Assembly: GCF_006345805.1 (NCBI RefSeq) | Contig: NC_042997.1 | Location: 65,968,001 to 66,032,000, forward strand | Origin: Octopus sinensis | Lineage: Eukaryota | Length of the DNA stretch: 64,000 bases | Direction of reading: 5' to 3' | Shown: positions 42,101 to 56,754 of the stretch, in pieces | Numbering within the stretch: position 1 is the stretch's first letter | How the letters are laid out: every line of letters begins with the position of its first letter | Notes under the pieces: generated by a model | What the model was told of the DNA's origin: nothing | Database searches by the model: none | What the model saw: the letters and a program-made list of their open reading frames with translations, nothing else | Program-made: the position numbers and the translations under genes

Positions 42101-44537
42101 GAAAGGGGTAAGTCGATTACATCAGCCCCAGTGTTTCACTGGTACTTAATTTATTGACCCCGAAAGGATGAAAGGCAGAGTTGAATTCCACTGAGGGCAA
42201 CTTTGCATTCCATCCTTTCAGGGGGGGGGCATAAAAATAAGTGTCAGTGAAACACTGGAGTCAATGTAATCAACTAGCCCCTCTCCCAAAATTTCAGGCC
42301 TTGTACCTTTAGTAGAAAAGATTATTAGTAGTAGTAGTAGTATTGTTGTTTTGGTGTTGCTGTTAAGGTGGTGAGCTGGCAGAAATGCTAGCACACCAGG
42401 CAAAATGCTTAACGGCATTTTGTCTATCTTTACATTCTGAGTTCAAATTATATTGAGGTTGACTTTGCCTTTCATTCTTTTGGGGGTCAATGAAATATGT
42501 ACCAGTTAAAAACTGGGTTGATGAAATCAACCAATCCACCTTTCTCAAAATTTCTAGCCTTGGCCAAAATTTGAAACCAATATTATTACTGTTGAGGCAT
42601 AGCTCAGCTATATGACCAACTGACCATTTCATGATCGAATTAATACCCTAGCTGTATTAACATTTCTTCTGCTGTGACATTATGCAAACCACAAGTATTT
42701 CATTAATGGTGGTGCAGGGTGGTAGGAAATTAGAACATGTAGCATTTCATTCGATATCCATCCTATTTAATAGTCATAACATGAAGCATCTAACAAGAAC
42801 ATGTAGCACCTAATATAATGGATTTTATAGATAGAACATGTAGCATCTGTTTTGATATTTATCCTCATTTTGTAGTCAGAACATGTAGTGCAATGTTTTC
42901 CAACATATTTTCCACCAGGCCCCCACTATAACTTTCAAGAAAAATGCCTGACCAGTGGTTGGGAAAAAATAATTTTATTTTTAATATTTCATAATTATAT
43001 CAAATTCTGCCAAGGTTGACTTTGCCTTTCATCCTTTTGGGGTCGATAAATTAAGTACCAGTTGAACACTGGTGCCAAAATTTGAAATCAATATTAATCA
43101 TTTACTTTCCTATTCACATTAGGGCATTAAAATAGCACTATACACTAACAAACAGGTCTTCACAAAATATGCTTGGCTAGAGGAATTGGTTTGGCTTGGC
43201 TGAGTAAAGGCATAGTACATTTGCTGTGAAAAAATGGTTTTCACAATTCCAAGTCCCACTAAAAAAAACAAAACAGAAAACAATTTTGGATCCCACAACC
43301 CACCGCAGTCTTCCCCGGTCCCACTGGTGAGGCATATGCCCCACCACATATGGAATCACTGATATAGCATCTAATTTTATATCCATCCTTATTTCATTGT
43401 TAAAACATGTAACATCTAACATAATATTCATCCTGATTCTGTAGTCAGAACAGTATGGCTTGTATTTGGTAACAATTTCTTCTCTTTAAATCATTTATAA
43501 GAGACAATATCATATCTAAAACATATTTTAAAATATGACAGATCATATGTAATATATAATTGTTTCAAATTCTGGCACAAAGTCACCATTTGTAGAAAGG
43601 GGGAAAGTCAATTACATCAGTTTCAATACTTCAATAATACTTGGTTTTATTGATCCAGAAAGGTGAAAAATGATAAAGTTGACCAAGGAGGGATTTGAAC
43701 AAAGAACACAAAGATCCAGAAAACTACTGCTAAGTATTTTAGTCCAACATGCTAACAATCGTATCAGCTCACCATGTATAATGTATTAAATGTATAATAT
43801 ATACAAAATCATATGTGTATAATATGTATAAAATGAATAATATGAGAAGTGTCATAACAACGCTTTCTTTTCTTTAACTTTCCTTTCTTTCTTGTACAGT
43901 TTAGTTAAAGGAAGGGCTGAGCTCATGAAACTTTTGCAGGGATCTTAGACTGGTGTGGTGATAAAAGGGACCAAGAAATCACAACTAGTGCTGTTGTAGT
44001 AGGAATAAGTACATCAGTATATTAAGTTTCCTTCAGATTATTAAAGGAAGTTCTACTAAAGGCATTCAATAGCCAGATGGCAAAATTAAGATAAGTGATG
44101 GATTAACACTACCACACACTAGGGGCACTAATGCTATATGGGGTAGCATGCATGTGCACGCTTATATTTGTGTGCATGTATGCACATATCTATGTATGTT
44201 ATATCAGGTAACTTTGTGTTACTGATAACAGGTAACCTATTACAACATGTTGCATGGTTAGGTCATTAATCACTAAACCAGCAACACTACCACCCATGCT
44301 TAGTAAGGCACATAGTTTTCATTGGACACTCTGCAGGACCTAAAACAAAACTTGTCAAATGACGGGATGAACTCAGTATAGTCAATAGTCATCCAATAGC
44401 CAAGAGTTACAGACTCTCTGATCTTTGTTTAGACATCACTCTTGGAGAAGGAAAAGTCTGAGGTAACGCCTGCAACTTCATTTACATCCAATGATGTAGA
44501 CTAGTTCTTTATAGGCAAATGTTTACTTTGTTTAGAA

Positions 44538-44883
44538 CAATGGTTCTCAACCAGGGTCCATATGGCCCCTGAGCATCTGTATAAGACTTCTGGGGGTCTA
44601 CGCAACAAAATAGTAAACTGGGGATCCACAATAGTATTTTAAAGGCCCCTGAAAAAAATTTGCTTTGTATGTATGTATTGGTATGCATTACAAGAAACAG
44701 CTAGGTTTCTTTCTCAAATGTCTTACACAATTCAACCTACACAAGTTCATATACGGAAAAAAAATAGGAATTTTGAAAGATATTTCAGAGCCATTAAACA
44801 CTGAATGGCTATGGGGGTCCACCAGAACAAAATAGCAATCAAAGGGGCTCAGAGATAAAACAGAAAATGGTTGAGAACCCCTG
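44538..44883. mobile_element. hAT (Charlie-like) MITE with a perfect 8-bp TSD
   Basis: GTTTAGAA (44530-37) | caatggttctcaacc ... ggttgagaacccctg | GTTTAGAA (44884-91). Confidence 0.85.
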
Positions 44884-46697
44884 GTTTAGAAAGTGGGATA
44901 GGCTCAGTGCATGGACTTTCTACACTTTAAAAACATACAGTTAAAGTCTTGCATGACATTGTGTCAGAACAACTCCTCTGGAGTCTTTTGGTCCTTATCT
45001 ACAGCTTCACTGAACTACATACCAAGACATTAACTCATTAAGTTACTGTAATCAAATATGAATCTAAAACTAATTCCAAATGCTATACATTCCTGATGTA
45101 ACTCAATACCAGCTCTTGATAATTTTAGATTTCAGAAAAACCTCAACATAATCACACACAGAGGGATAGCAAGAAAGAAGGTGAGGGTTGGCAGTCACTC
45201 AGTGAGGCAGATGTGAGGGAATGCAAAATTTCTTGTAGCCTACCATGCCTGTTGACCAAGGTGGTGACACCAAAGATATTATAAAGAAACCCCAAGATGT
45301 TATCGTCATAGACTACAGACAAAGAACTGTCTATTAATTAGCATATTAATTTCAAAAACTGACAACACAACTCTGAAAGACTTTGGGAAACCATCCAAAT
45401 GTAAAGGTCTGGAGATAGAAACATGCACAAAAAATGGATTGAAAAAAAAAAGAAACAATTCTTATAATAATAGATGCTTTGTGAAAGATAAGAAAAAAAT
45501 GCTGAGGAATGCTTAATCAAAACATCAGGACTTAAACATACACATCATCATTGTCATCGTTGTTGCCGTCGTCGTCGTAATCATCATAACCATCACTGTC
45601 ATCATTTTTCTGCTTTTTAACCATGCTGGAATGGGTTGGATTAGACTTCAGGAGGCCTTATTCTAAAGTTGGATGTACGTCCTGTGACCAAAACTTAATT
45701 ATTTTCAAGGAAGTTACTTTATTTCCCTTATTTTCACACACCAAAACCAATAAAACTGCAGGACATATCATCTACAGGTGACATAAACATGGCATTACAG
45801 GTGCTCAACTTGTGCCAGTATGATGACACATGGTAAAAAAGCACCCATGCACACACAATATGCTTCAGTATAACAGCCATCTACCAGTTTCCCTCACAAA
45901 GTATCACTGAGTCTGGAGCTATAATAGAAGATTATTAGAAAGTATGATGACCCACCAAACCAAGTGAAATTGTAGTTGTGGCAGATACTGATGTCACACA
46001 ACTGGCAACTGTGCTGGTGGAATGTAAAAGCACTGATTACACTCTCAGAGTGGTTGGTGTTAGGGAGGGCATCCAGCCAAAGAATCCATGCCAAATCAGA
46101 TTGGAGTTTAGTGCCGCCCCTTGGCTTATCAGCCCTGGTCAAACCGTGCTGCCCATGCTGACATGGACAATGGACTCTTGATGATGATGATGATGATGAT
46201 ACAGTGAAAATTCACATGAGGATGAAGTAAACTCAATAACCTGGGGTCGATTTGTTCAACTAAAGGTGGTGCTCCAGCATGGCCGCAGTCAAATGATTGA
46301 AACAAGAAAAAGAATAAAGAATATAACCACATATCCATATTTGTGCCTTTCAAACAACATACAGACCATACAGCCATACTATCTCATCTCTCAGTGGCAA
46401 AGAGTTCAGCCTCGAACATTAGAGTCTTCTTTCTCATTGCAAAATGATTTATTCCACTTTACAAACTTTTTCTAGTCATGTTTTCTTTTTCTTTGCTGAT
46501 GCAAACCATTACACTGTTATCCTAAATTCCACTGTTTCACTTTCATACAGGAAACAGCACTAGTGTGCATGTATTACAAAGAGTACTACTCCCAGCTCTC
46601 TATACAATTAAATAACACACAAAAACCAAATGAAACAAAACACAGTACATACCCAAGGCATACAGAATTGCACTCAACTATGCAGTGAAACCTTGCA

Positions 46698-46825
46698 ATA
46701 ATAATAATGATAATAATGATAATAATAATAATAATAACAACAACAACAATAATAATAATAATAATAATAATCATAATCATAATAATGATAATAATAATAA
46801 TAACAACAACAATAAAAATAATAAC

Positions 46826-46881
<56 letters not shown>

Positions 46882-46975
46882 TAATATGACCACAAAATAA
46901 TAATAATAAATAATAATAATGATGACAACAACAATGATGATGTTAATAATAATAATAATAATAATAGTAATTATA
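46698..46975. repeat. Long (AAT)n microsatellite
   Basis: Seen directly. Confidence 0.95.
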
Positions 46976-47144
46976 ATTTGTTGCTTGATAGTCAGGCAAT
47001 CTTAAAGAGTTAAAGATAAATGTATAAAGTTCTTAGGTTAAGCAAGTTTGGCTAGCCTGGCCTATCGCCACCACAGACTACAGAAAGATGGGAAAATAAA
47101 AGAAACAAGAAGAATGAAGGGAAAAAAATGATGATGATGATAAA

Positions 47145-47176
<32 letters not shown>

Positions 47177-47486
47177 AGCAAATGTGAATTCTTTTGGCAA
47201 ATTATATTTCATAGTTCCTCTATTACATTGTTTACCAATACTGTACAAAGATAATCTTCCTTGGCACGCTTTCAAGAAACTGACTAGCCTTTTATAGAAT
47301 TCCAGCTAACGACATTGAGTTAGTACTGAAGTGAGTGTGCAGACCACAGACCGCAGAACAAGATGAATGTCAGGCTGGTATTTTCATGCAGTTTAGACTA
47401 TTGATACAAGCCAAGAATAGTAGCAGAGAATGAAATAACTATTGAACTGACAATGTAAACACATTAACTGCTTTTTGTTTTTACAC

Positions 47487-47517
<31 letters not shown>

Positions 47518-47518
47518 G

Positions 47519-47584
<66 letters not shown>

Positions 47585-50500
47585 TGTATTCCCATGATTT
47601 GGAGATGAGCTCAACTATTAAAGAGTATTTCAAATAAACACATATCTGGATAATATTAAGACAATTAAACAATGATATTATAACATGATATTATTTAAGC
47701 GATTTATAAACATACCATCACCCTGCCAATCAAAATAAAACAAAGAAATCAAAAAGCATATTTTGTTAGTATAGCTTAAAAAAATAAACAACGTTTAAAT
47801 GTTTGCAATCTGAAGACAGACTTTTGAGTAATGGCTCAATTGCAAACAAAGACTACTTTTTATCTGATTTCTTTACATAATCCAAAATGATTTATGTTTG
47901 CTAGATCATCAGTTAACCTACAGAGATATTATTACTAATTGAAACCAGAAAACAAGATTCAATCACTGCACTGACAAGTATAGTTATCATACATAACACA
48001 TTTAACCTTACATTGTGCTGCCACTAACACCAAACCTATACATCACTGCTGCTGCACACCACATTACTGGAAACTATAAAAACTACTACATCTGTACTAC
48101 TACTTGTACTATTACAAATTATCACATCTACCCAAAGATGATCCTACCACCTAGTCAACATCATCATCGTCATTGTTGTTCTCATCATCAACATCATTAT
48201 ATAATGCCCATTTTTCATGCTGACATGGATTCGGTTTTTGTTTGTTCCTTCTCGTGCTATGCCTGGCTCATAAGGGCCGGTTTCCCAGTTTCCTTGGCAT
48301 ATAGGTTCCCCACCTGGACAAGATGCTGGCCTGTCACAGGTGAGCTGCAAGATGCAGGAGGAAAGAGTGAGAGAAATTCGTGGTGAAAGAGTCAGCAGAA
48401 GTTCGCCATTACCTTCTGCCAGAGCTTAGGTGTTTTGCTCATAAACATACACATCGCCCAGTCTGAGATTCGAACCCATGATCCCTCAACCACGAGTCCA
48501 CCGCTCTAACCACTAGGCCATGTGACTCCACTGGATTGGGTGGTTTGACAGGATCGAGTGAGCCACATGGTGACATGGAGCTCAAATGTCAACTTTGGCA
48601 AGGTTTCTAGGCTGGATACCCTTCCTAATGCCAACCAATTTACATTGTGTACAATGTGCTTTATTTTCTGTATCAACAGCACTTGTGAGGTCATCAGGTA
48701 ACTCACAAAATCTACACAACACTGCCACTACAAACCACACAACTGGAAGCTACAAAAATTACTACAACATCTCTACTGTTACCCATACTATTATAAATTA
48801 TTAAACCTACATAAAACTGATATGGCCACCTATACTAATGAAATCTACATGTACAAAACAAAACCTGCCAAGCCTACACAATACCTCTACAACCACCCAT
48901 ACTGCAAAAATTATCATAGCTTAACAAAACTCCCACTATTGTTTATACTACCAAATCTAGGTAACACTTCAACTACCTTGCATACTATCAAACCTAAGCA
49001 ACGTGTCTGCTACCACCTAGACTACCAAAAACTACAGTCTCCACCTGAAGTATCACTGTACATCTGAGATTGGTGTTTACCCTCATCTCTTGCATACACA
49101 GATACAAATAGCAGTTCTACAACATGCACACATACAAACATACACATATGTATGTTGGTTGAGCTAGACAATTTGTAGGCAGAGTTATAGAAGTGCTGAT
49201 CGCTTAAAGTGGAGGGAAGTTGTGAAAGAGGGAGACCCAAGGATGAAGTTTTGAAGGCTGATCTCAAAACGCTGAACCTTACGAAGGTGATGACAGAGGA
49301 TCAAGATATGTGGGGCATTGCTGTACTTGAGAAGACTTGTCCACCGCAACAGAATTGAGATCCTAAAACCAAAGTGCTATGTAAAACGCACTGGTGCTGA
49401 TGCCACTTAAAAAGCACCCAGTACACTTTGTGAAGTCATTGACATTAGAAAGGGCATCTAGACATAGAAACCAGGCCAAAAAAGACTATGAAACATGATG
49501 CACCCAAGGACTTATCAGTTCCTGTCAAGCCATCCAACCCATGTCAGCATGGAAAACAGATGTTAAACGATGATGATGATGATGATGATACTTTTGTGAA
49601 CTCCATATGGATTGAGGCCAGTGTTCTGAGTATAGTGATGCCATTAGTTACCAGCATTTGTCTACAATACAGCATGTGATCCAGTCCTTGTTGTAAGATG
49701 GTGGGTTGTGTAGTATACTACAATTACCCTGAGAGCTATACCAGCAGAGCACAAGCTCCTGATAGGGTCTCTATGCTTGACAGGTCAAAGGATGGATGCC
49801 AGACGAATATATGAACTACCTCTTCCCCAAAGGGAAAATGGGTTTGTAAGGGATAAAATCCTTACTTATAAAAAAAAGTAAAGCTATAGATGTATTAATG
49901 ATAATTCAAAACCAGTAAGACCTGGGAGAAGGCTTTCCCACAAGGAAATATGGCATTATGCAGCAAAATCTTTAGGGAAGCTGCAAGGTAAGGCAGGGCC
50001 CCAACTGGAGAGAAGCAGATAAGATGAACTGCAGTCAAGAACACTGGAGAAAGGATATCAATGTCCTATGCCCCATAGGGAGCAAATGGCTTAAGTAAAT
50101 ACTTATCTGCACTGTCTTGTCTGTTATCATCATCATCATTTAAAATCCATTTTTCATGCTGGCATGGATTGGATAGTTTGACAGGATCTGACCAACCAGA
50201 GAGCTGTCCAGGCTCAAATTGTCTGTTTTGGCATTGTTTCTATGGCTGGATGCCCTTCATAATGCCAACCAGTTTACATAGTGTGTTGGGGGCTTTTACA
50301 AAGCACCAGCACAAGTGCATTTTATGTGTGGCATGGGAAATTATAGAGAAAGATATGGTCATTAGTATGAGTTTTAGCAGGACTTGGATGGGACCAATGT
50401 TGTATGGTGCAAATGTAGCAAAAGGCAGAGTGATTGTGAATCACATCCATCATCATCGTTTAACGTCCGCTTTCCATACTAGCATGGGTTGGACGATCTG

Positions 50501-51135
50501 ACTGAGAACTGGTGGACCAGATGGCTGCACCAGGTTCCAATCTGATCTGGCAGAGTTTCTACAGCTGGATGCCCTTCCTAATGCCAACCACTCCAAGAGT
50601 GTAGTAGTTGCTTTTACATGCCATTGGCATGAGGGCCAGTCAGGCGGTTCTGGCAACGGCCATGCTCAAGTGGTGTTTTTTATGTGCCACCTGCACAGGA
50701 GCCAGGCCAGTGGCACTGGCAACGACCTCGCTCGAATGTTTTTCATGTGCCACTGGCACAAGTGCCAGTAAGGCGACGCTAGTAACGATCACATTGAAAT
50801 CTATTATTTGGACAGTTGAGATTTTTCATTCTATTTCACATGTTTACATCAGAACTTGGATGTTTACATCAGAAGAAAGAAAATCATAAAGTAAAACACA
50901 CATATTGCACTTAACCACAAGCTAACAGTAACAATACATTACAAGAATACCAGACATGAAAGAAAAAACATCCTCATATGAATGAAACCAGAGAATGTAA
51001 TTCAGAGAACTAATGTAATATAATACAAATTTTGATGTAAACATGAAGGTTGTAAACATCATGACTCAATCTAGCAGTGTGCAGTGTATAGATGAGGTGA
51101 ATAGACAGAATCATTAAGAGACCATCAAAACTTAC

Positions 51136-51345
51136 TTTGGACTTCTTGGCCATCCTGTTCTTCCCGATGAGATTCTTCGTTGTCAGCTTCCTCGCCAAGA
51201 CGCCGGCCCTGACCCCAACTGTGAAAACCTGACCGAGACGGAATTGTATCATCGTCATCGTCATCGTCATCATCATCACTCAAGCCAAGGAATCTCGGTA
51301 CTTGTGTTTTCTGGAATGCTACTTGGTAGTTAAATCCCTGTGAAA
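51136..51345 (-). CDS. Exon A (most 5' found): SQGFNYQVAFQKTQVPRFLGLS(D)10TIPSRSGFHSWGQGRRLGEEADNEESHREEQDGQEVQ
   Basis: Acceptor tttcttcttctgtcttttgtccag and donor gtaagt. 210 nt, phase 1-1. Contains SHP-like FHSWGQGRRLG. The upstream exon was not identified, so the entry phase is assumed. Confidence 0.85.
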
Positions 51346-51359
51346 CTGGACAAAAGACA

Positions 51360-52300
51360 GAAGAAGAAATAACTAAACAGTAGTGAACATGGTAAACAGA
51401 AACATAAGACAGTAAAAACTGTGTCCATTAACAGACAGCAGAGATTAGATCATCAATAAACATGAATTTGTGAACATATAACAGTAAACATACAGTAGTG
51501 AACATATGGTAGTAAATGTATGGTAATCAGTGAGTTGGTAGAGACATTAGTGCATAGGATAGACTGCTTTGCAGTGTTCACTCAAATGATCTGCATTCTG
51601 AGTTCAAATCCCATTGAGAGCTATTTTGCCTTTCATCCTTTGGGATTGGTAAATAAAATGCCAGGGCATGACTGGAGTCAATTCTTCATCTTTTTCACTT
51701 CCTGTCTTTTACGCTGAAAGAAATTTACATTGTTCAGACCTGGAGAGGAACAGGCTCAATCAGGTTTAAGATGCTCAAAATGTCATATATCACCCCAATA
51801 GTATCCCTACATCATCAGGAGTTGAGAGACCAGTGAATATACAAAAGGAAATATACAGCACCAAAAATGATAGATGTACACTTATAGAAGTAAATATACA
51901 ACACTGTACAGCAATAAACTCACAGTAGTAAACAAGATAGTAAAGCCACAGGACTAATATGACAGTAAACACAGCATGAAATGGAAAGCAGTAAACTCAC
52001 AGCAGTAAAACATGACAGTAAACATACAATGCTAACATCACAGAAAACACATCCAACTAAACATAGCAATAAATAAAGCACAAAATATGACAGTAGACAC
52101 ACAGTACTAAACATGACAATAAACAATGGTAAACATGGCAGTAAATATACAGCACTAAATATGAAAGTAAACACAGTAGTGAACATGACAGTGAAGAGGA
52201 CTAAACACAGTGCCAAATATGGCAGTAAACACTATGTACCTGACAGCCTGTGACAGTAAACAAAGTAGTAAACATGATAATAATCATAATGCTAAGTATG
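51360..52300. repeat. Degenerate minisatellite of acagtaaac(a/atg) units, interrupted by a SINE fragment
   Basis: Recurrent acagtaaac, cagtagtgaacatg and cagcactaaa motifs. Confidence 0.7.
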
Positions 52301-53089
52301 ATAGCTAACATATAGCTCTTGAAAAGTTTTAGTCAAACAAATTGAGACCAGTACTAATTTTTTTTTTTAATTCTGACACTTATTCTATTAGTCACTTTTG
52401 CTGAACCACTAAGTTACAGGGGCATAAACAGACCAACACTGGTCGTCAAAAAATGGCTGGGGACAAACAGATATACACAGCACACATATATACAACAAAC
52501 TTCTTTTCCTTTTCATCTACCAAATCCACTCACCATACAGTGGGATTGAACCCAGGACCATGTGGCTGGGAAGCAAACCGCTTACTGCATACTATACAAC
52601 CATGCCTTTAACCCTTTTACAACAGAAATCAGATATAACCACTCAAAATTTCATCACCCTTAACTTCAGTAAGCAGTTGTATATATCAATCTGTCTTTTG
52701 TTGAGAAGAATATCATGTTTGAAACTATTTTTTAAAAACAGTCAAATTTATTGAGGCAACATAACTTACAGAAATAAAGAAACAATTCTATTTCCTTGGG
52801 TTTTTTTTCCTATTGTGCCTATAGTAGAAAGGATGAGATGAGTAACATAAGTGTACATGTTTGACAGAGTGCCAGTGTTTTGAGAAAGAAGTTAAGCATA
52901 AGAGGAATTAGTTGTGTGCAAGAGAGAAGACTGCACTGGTTTGGTCAATTGATGCAGATGGATGCTAAAAGTTCCATAAAGAAGTGCCGATCTCTCAAAG
53001 TAGATGACAACAACAGTTTTACTGCTGCACTGTTGTTGTCAAGACATTGCTTTGCAGCACTCTTGAATTGAAGAACTCTGAAGGCACAG

Positions 53090-54780
53090 CTATAAGGTAA
53101 GGCATTTGTTTTTTTGAGATTCAGTGGGGGTTTGTTGTTTGTTGTCCATTCTTTTCTAATAAGAAATCCTTACTGAGTTCCCAGGCATTTGTCTGCCTTT
53201 AGTTGCACTGAAATTGGAGAATTGTGTTGTTTTGTGGGTGTATCCCCCCCTCCAAAAATTGTGAAACCTTTTGGAAAATTTCTACCAATTTGTGGCAGAT
53301 TTTTTTGAAGTTGTGTTCCTGCTGTTGTGTCCCTGTGCATTTTGGAGTACCTTTTTGGAGTGCCTTTTGTCCAGGATTACCAGGTGGCTAGAAATGTGTG
53401 TTGCCATGTTTTGAACTGTCTTCCTTCTTTCTTTTACTCTTCTTTGTCTTTCTGCTCTTCTTTGTCTTCCTTCAGGCTGTCTTGTAGCTTTGTTTGGACT
53501 TTTGTTGATTGTTTTCTGAACTTTTTCAAAGCATGGCAAAGAAAATAAACACTGCATTGGGGTGGGAAATCATCCCACCCAGGCAATGATTGAAAGACTT
53601 GGAAGAAAGAACGGTGGTGTTGAGGACATAGTCTAAGTCACTTGACACCATCGCAGTCTTTCCTAAGACAAAAATTGAAAAAGAGTTGGCAGAATATCTG
53701 CCAACAATTAAGTTTATTTCCAGGGGTGTTAGGTATGCAATGGTGTGGTTGTTTTTTAACACCCTTGAGGTGGCTCGCAAATTTGCAAGCCAACCCTTAG
53801 AAGGGCAAAAGATTCTGTTTCTTCCCACAATATGTGGGAAGAAATTAACAAGAGCCTGGGTCTGTGGGCAGCCACCAGGCATTGAACTGGAATGGATACA
53901 GGATTCTATCTGCCAGGGTCTGGGTGGCAGTGGGCCCAAGCTTTTAAATGTGAAATTGTTGCCAGTGGCTGATTGGGTGGGGTCAAAAGCAGTTTTGACC
54001 CTATGGACCTAATCAGCCGCTAAAGATCTGGTATTTCCAGATATTCTGAAATTGGCCGGTTGCAGGTACCCAGTGTTGAGGAATGACCCCCACCCCCCAC
54101 CCAAGTGCTACCTGTGCCTGGAATCGGGCCATATTAAGAAGAACTGTCCCCAGGACTAAAGTAGGGTCCTGGTACAGTTAATTAAAGTAGCGCCTCCTCC
54201 TCCTTTTGAGGGAAAAAATGGAAGCAGTTGAGGAGGTGGAGACCTCCTCGTAAAAAGGAAAAATAAGGAAGAAGGTGGGCAACAATGGTTGCCCATCGAA
54301 GGACCCTAAAGCTGCAGAAGATACTCCAGATAAAGTGTAGGAACTACATGCCTCTGTAGCACAAGGGAGGAAAAAAAAGAAAAAAAACGAAGAATGGGAC
54401 ATTGCCGGTGGTTAGTAGTACACTGCCGGCATATCCTGAACCTTGCCGGTTGGAATTGAGCCACCGACAGAGGAAACTGTGGCCCTTCCCAGTGTGATGA
54501 AGGATGATTTTGTGATCTTCTTTCATGAGGGAGGGGTGGTAAAGAGCTTTCTGATGAAGCTAGAGGGCCGGTGGGAGGGGGTCATGTCCTGGACTGAAGA
54601 CACAGATTGGCCTCCACAGATAACTGCGGGGCAGAAAATGTTCAGGGTAATGGACTCGTTCCCCAAGGACCAATATAGGTTTTCCTTCTGAAGCCCCAAC
54701 CTGGAACTGCAGGATTGCCTGCACGAGACATACAGCCTGGTCAGGGAGGAAAAATAAGTGGCCTTAGTGCCTCAATTTGA
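53090..54780 (+). mobile_element. gag/ORF1-like retroelement relic with a CCHC zinc knuckle
   Basis: Broken frame 53560-54010, then KCYLCLESGHIKKNCPQD (CX2CX4HX4C, 54106-54147). Boundaries are approximate and no RT was seen. Confidence 0.65.
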
Positions 54781-55944
54781 ATTTGTATTATTTATAATTT
54801 TTGGTAAGAGGCTCAGCGCCTCAATTTGTAAGGACGATTTCATCCATTTTTGAACTGAGGCAAGAGGATCAATACCTCGTTTTGTTTTATTGTTAAAAAA
54901 AAGAGAACAATGTTTTCGAGAATGCAACAATCGGTGGGCATTGTTTGCTTCTCCCACCAACCATTTGTTTCATTCCATCATCAATGTGTCTGAATCCAGC
55001 CCGCAGCTACTACCTCTATGTACGGCTTTTATAGCCAATTAAATGAAATAATGAAATAAAGAAGATGGAACACATGGAAGTAAGAGATCTAGGAAGACAT
55101 TGCATGAAGTACTGAAGAATGACCTCAGGATGCTGAACCTTTCAGGTGAGATAACAAAGGATTATTCATTTTCCCAAGAAACCAATCATTTAGCCCCAGG
55201 CAAGCTCTTATTTGACTGACCTATTCTAGATAATCCTCAATCTTAAAGAAATAGTGTATTCTAGGGTTATATCAACCAATGTGTCACTTCCCCTTTTTTA
55301 AGATGGTAGAGTGCGAAAAAAGGGTGATTTGAGTAAAATTTCTAGCACCTCAAACAACTACAGAGAGGTTACATAGATGTGTGGTGGGGGGGAGCATGTG
55401 TATATGCAGGTATGTGTGTTTGTGTGTGAAGAAAAATTTGAAGATGTGCCAGTCTCCATATTCTTTGTAATTGTATTAGATTTATACACCTGAAAATATT
55501 CATAATCCAGTGAAGTGAACATTAGAAGAATTACAGTGGAGTTGATCACCCTAAGCAATCCTTGATGCTTCTTACTACTTGATGTGTTTAGCCAGAATCT
55601 GGAATATACCTGAGAGCTCTTAGAGTACCTTCCTGGATAATTTATCCCTATATACATATACTATGTGTGTGTAGGTGAGAGATTTGGTGTGTGAGAGATT
55701 TGGTGTGTGAAAGCACGTGGTTGGATGTATAAAAAATAAAAAAGAGTGCAAAAACTACAGAAGGCTTGTGTTACAAGGTTAAAGAATATATTTAAGTCGT
55801 TATGTTAGAAAAATGTTATAAAATTTTTGTGTATAATAACAGTTTTTGGAGAAATAACTGGTTTCGTATTTTCTTCTCAAATTTCTTTACCTACATCGTG
55901 TCATGTCTTCGCTATGAAGTGAAGGGGTTCCAGGCAGGGGAAGG

Positions 55945-55981
<37 letters not shown>

Positions 55982-56160
55982 TCTCTTCTCCTACTTCGTT
56001 TGAACCCTTGAACCTTTAGAACCTTCTAGAATCTTCTACATCCAACCATTTTGACGTCACTCCTTATAAAGGAATTTTTTAAAGAGACACTCATTATCGC
56101 TATGGGCTCCGTGTGAGCAGTCATCTAAAAGTTTTTTGTGCATCTTGATGTTGACGTAAG

Positions 56161-56259
56161 TTCCTTGCTTTTCCTGATGCGAAAGCGGCATAATATACTC
56201 CTTATTCCTTCGCAATTAGGAATATGCAGCCTTCGAAACATATGTCGAAAATAAAGGAA
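56161..56259 (+). ncRNA. Type I hammerhead-ribozyme-like fold, copy 1 (A9-to-C core variant)
   Basis: Stem I 56161-73 pairs with 56247-59 (11 of 13 bp). Core CUGAUG(C) at 56174-80. Stem II is closed by G56181-C56234. GAAA at 56235-38. Stem III is the palindrome ACAUAUGU. GUC site with the predicted cut after 56246. Confidence 0.65.
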
Positions 56260-56430
56260 TTTTGTTAATTCGTCGTTCAACTCCATTCTTTCATATATTT
56301 ATATTTAAAAAAAACATACAAATTTCCACACGAAAGCACGTAACTTCAAACGTGTCTTCTCTGATGTGAATTTGCTACCCAGGTATCGGTTAACCGAATT
56401 ATCCATAACAAGATAATTCATTCAACTACT

Positions 56431-56476
<46 letters not shown>

Positions 56477-56655
56477 TCTCTTCTCCTACTTCGTTTGAAC
56501 CCTTGAACCTTTAGAACCTTCTAGAATCTTCTACATCCAACCATTTTGACGTCACTCCTTATAAAGGAATTTTTTAAAGAGACACTCATTATCGCTATGG
56601 GCTCCGTGTGAGCAGTCATCTAAAAGTTTTTTGTGCATCTTGATGTTGACGTAAG

Positions 56656-56754
56656 TTCCTTGCTTTTCCTGATGCGAAAGCGGCATAATATACTCCTTAT
56701 TCCTTCGCAATTAGGAATATGCAGCCTTCGAAACATATGTCGAAAATAAAGGAA
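56656..56754 (+). ncRNA. Type I hammerhead-ribozyme-like fold, copy 2
   Basis: Identical to copy 1 at +495; predicted cut after 56741. Confidence 0.65.
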
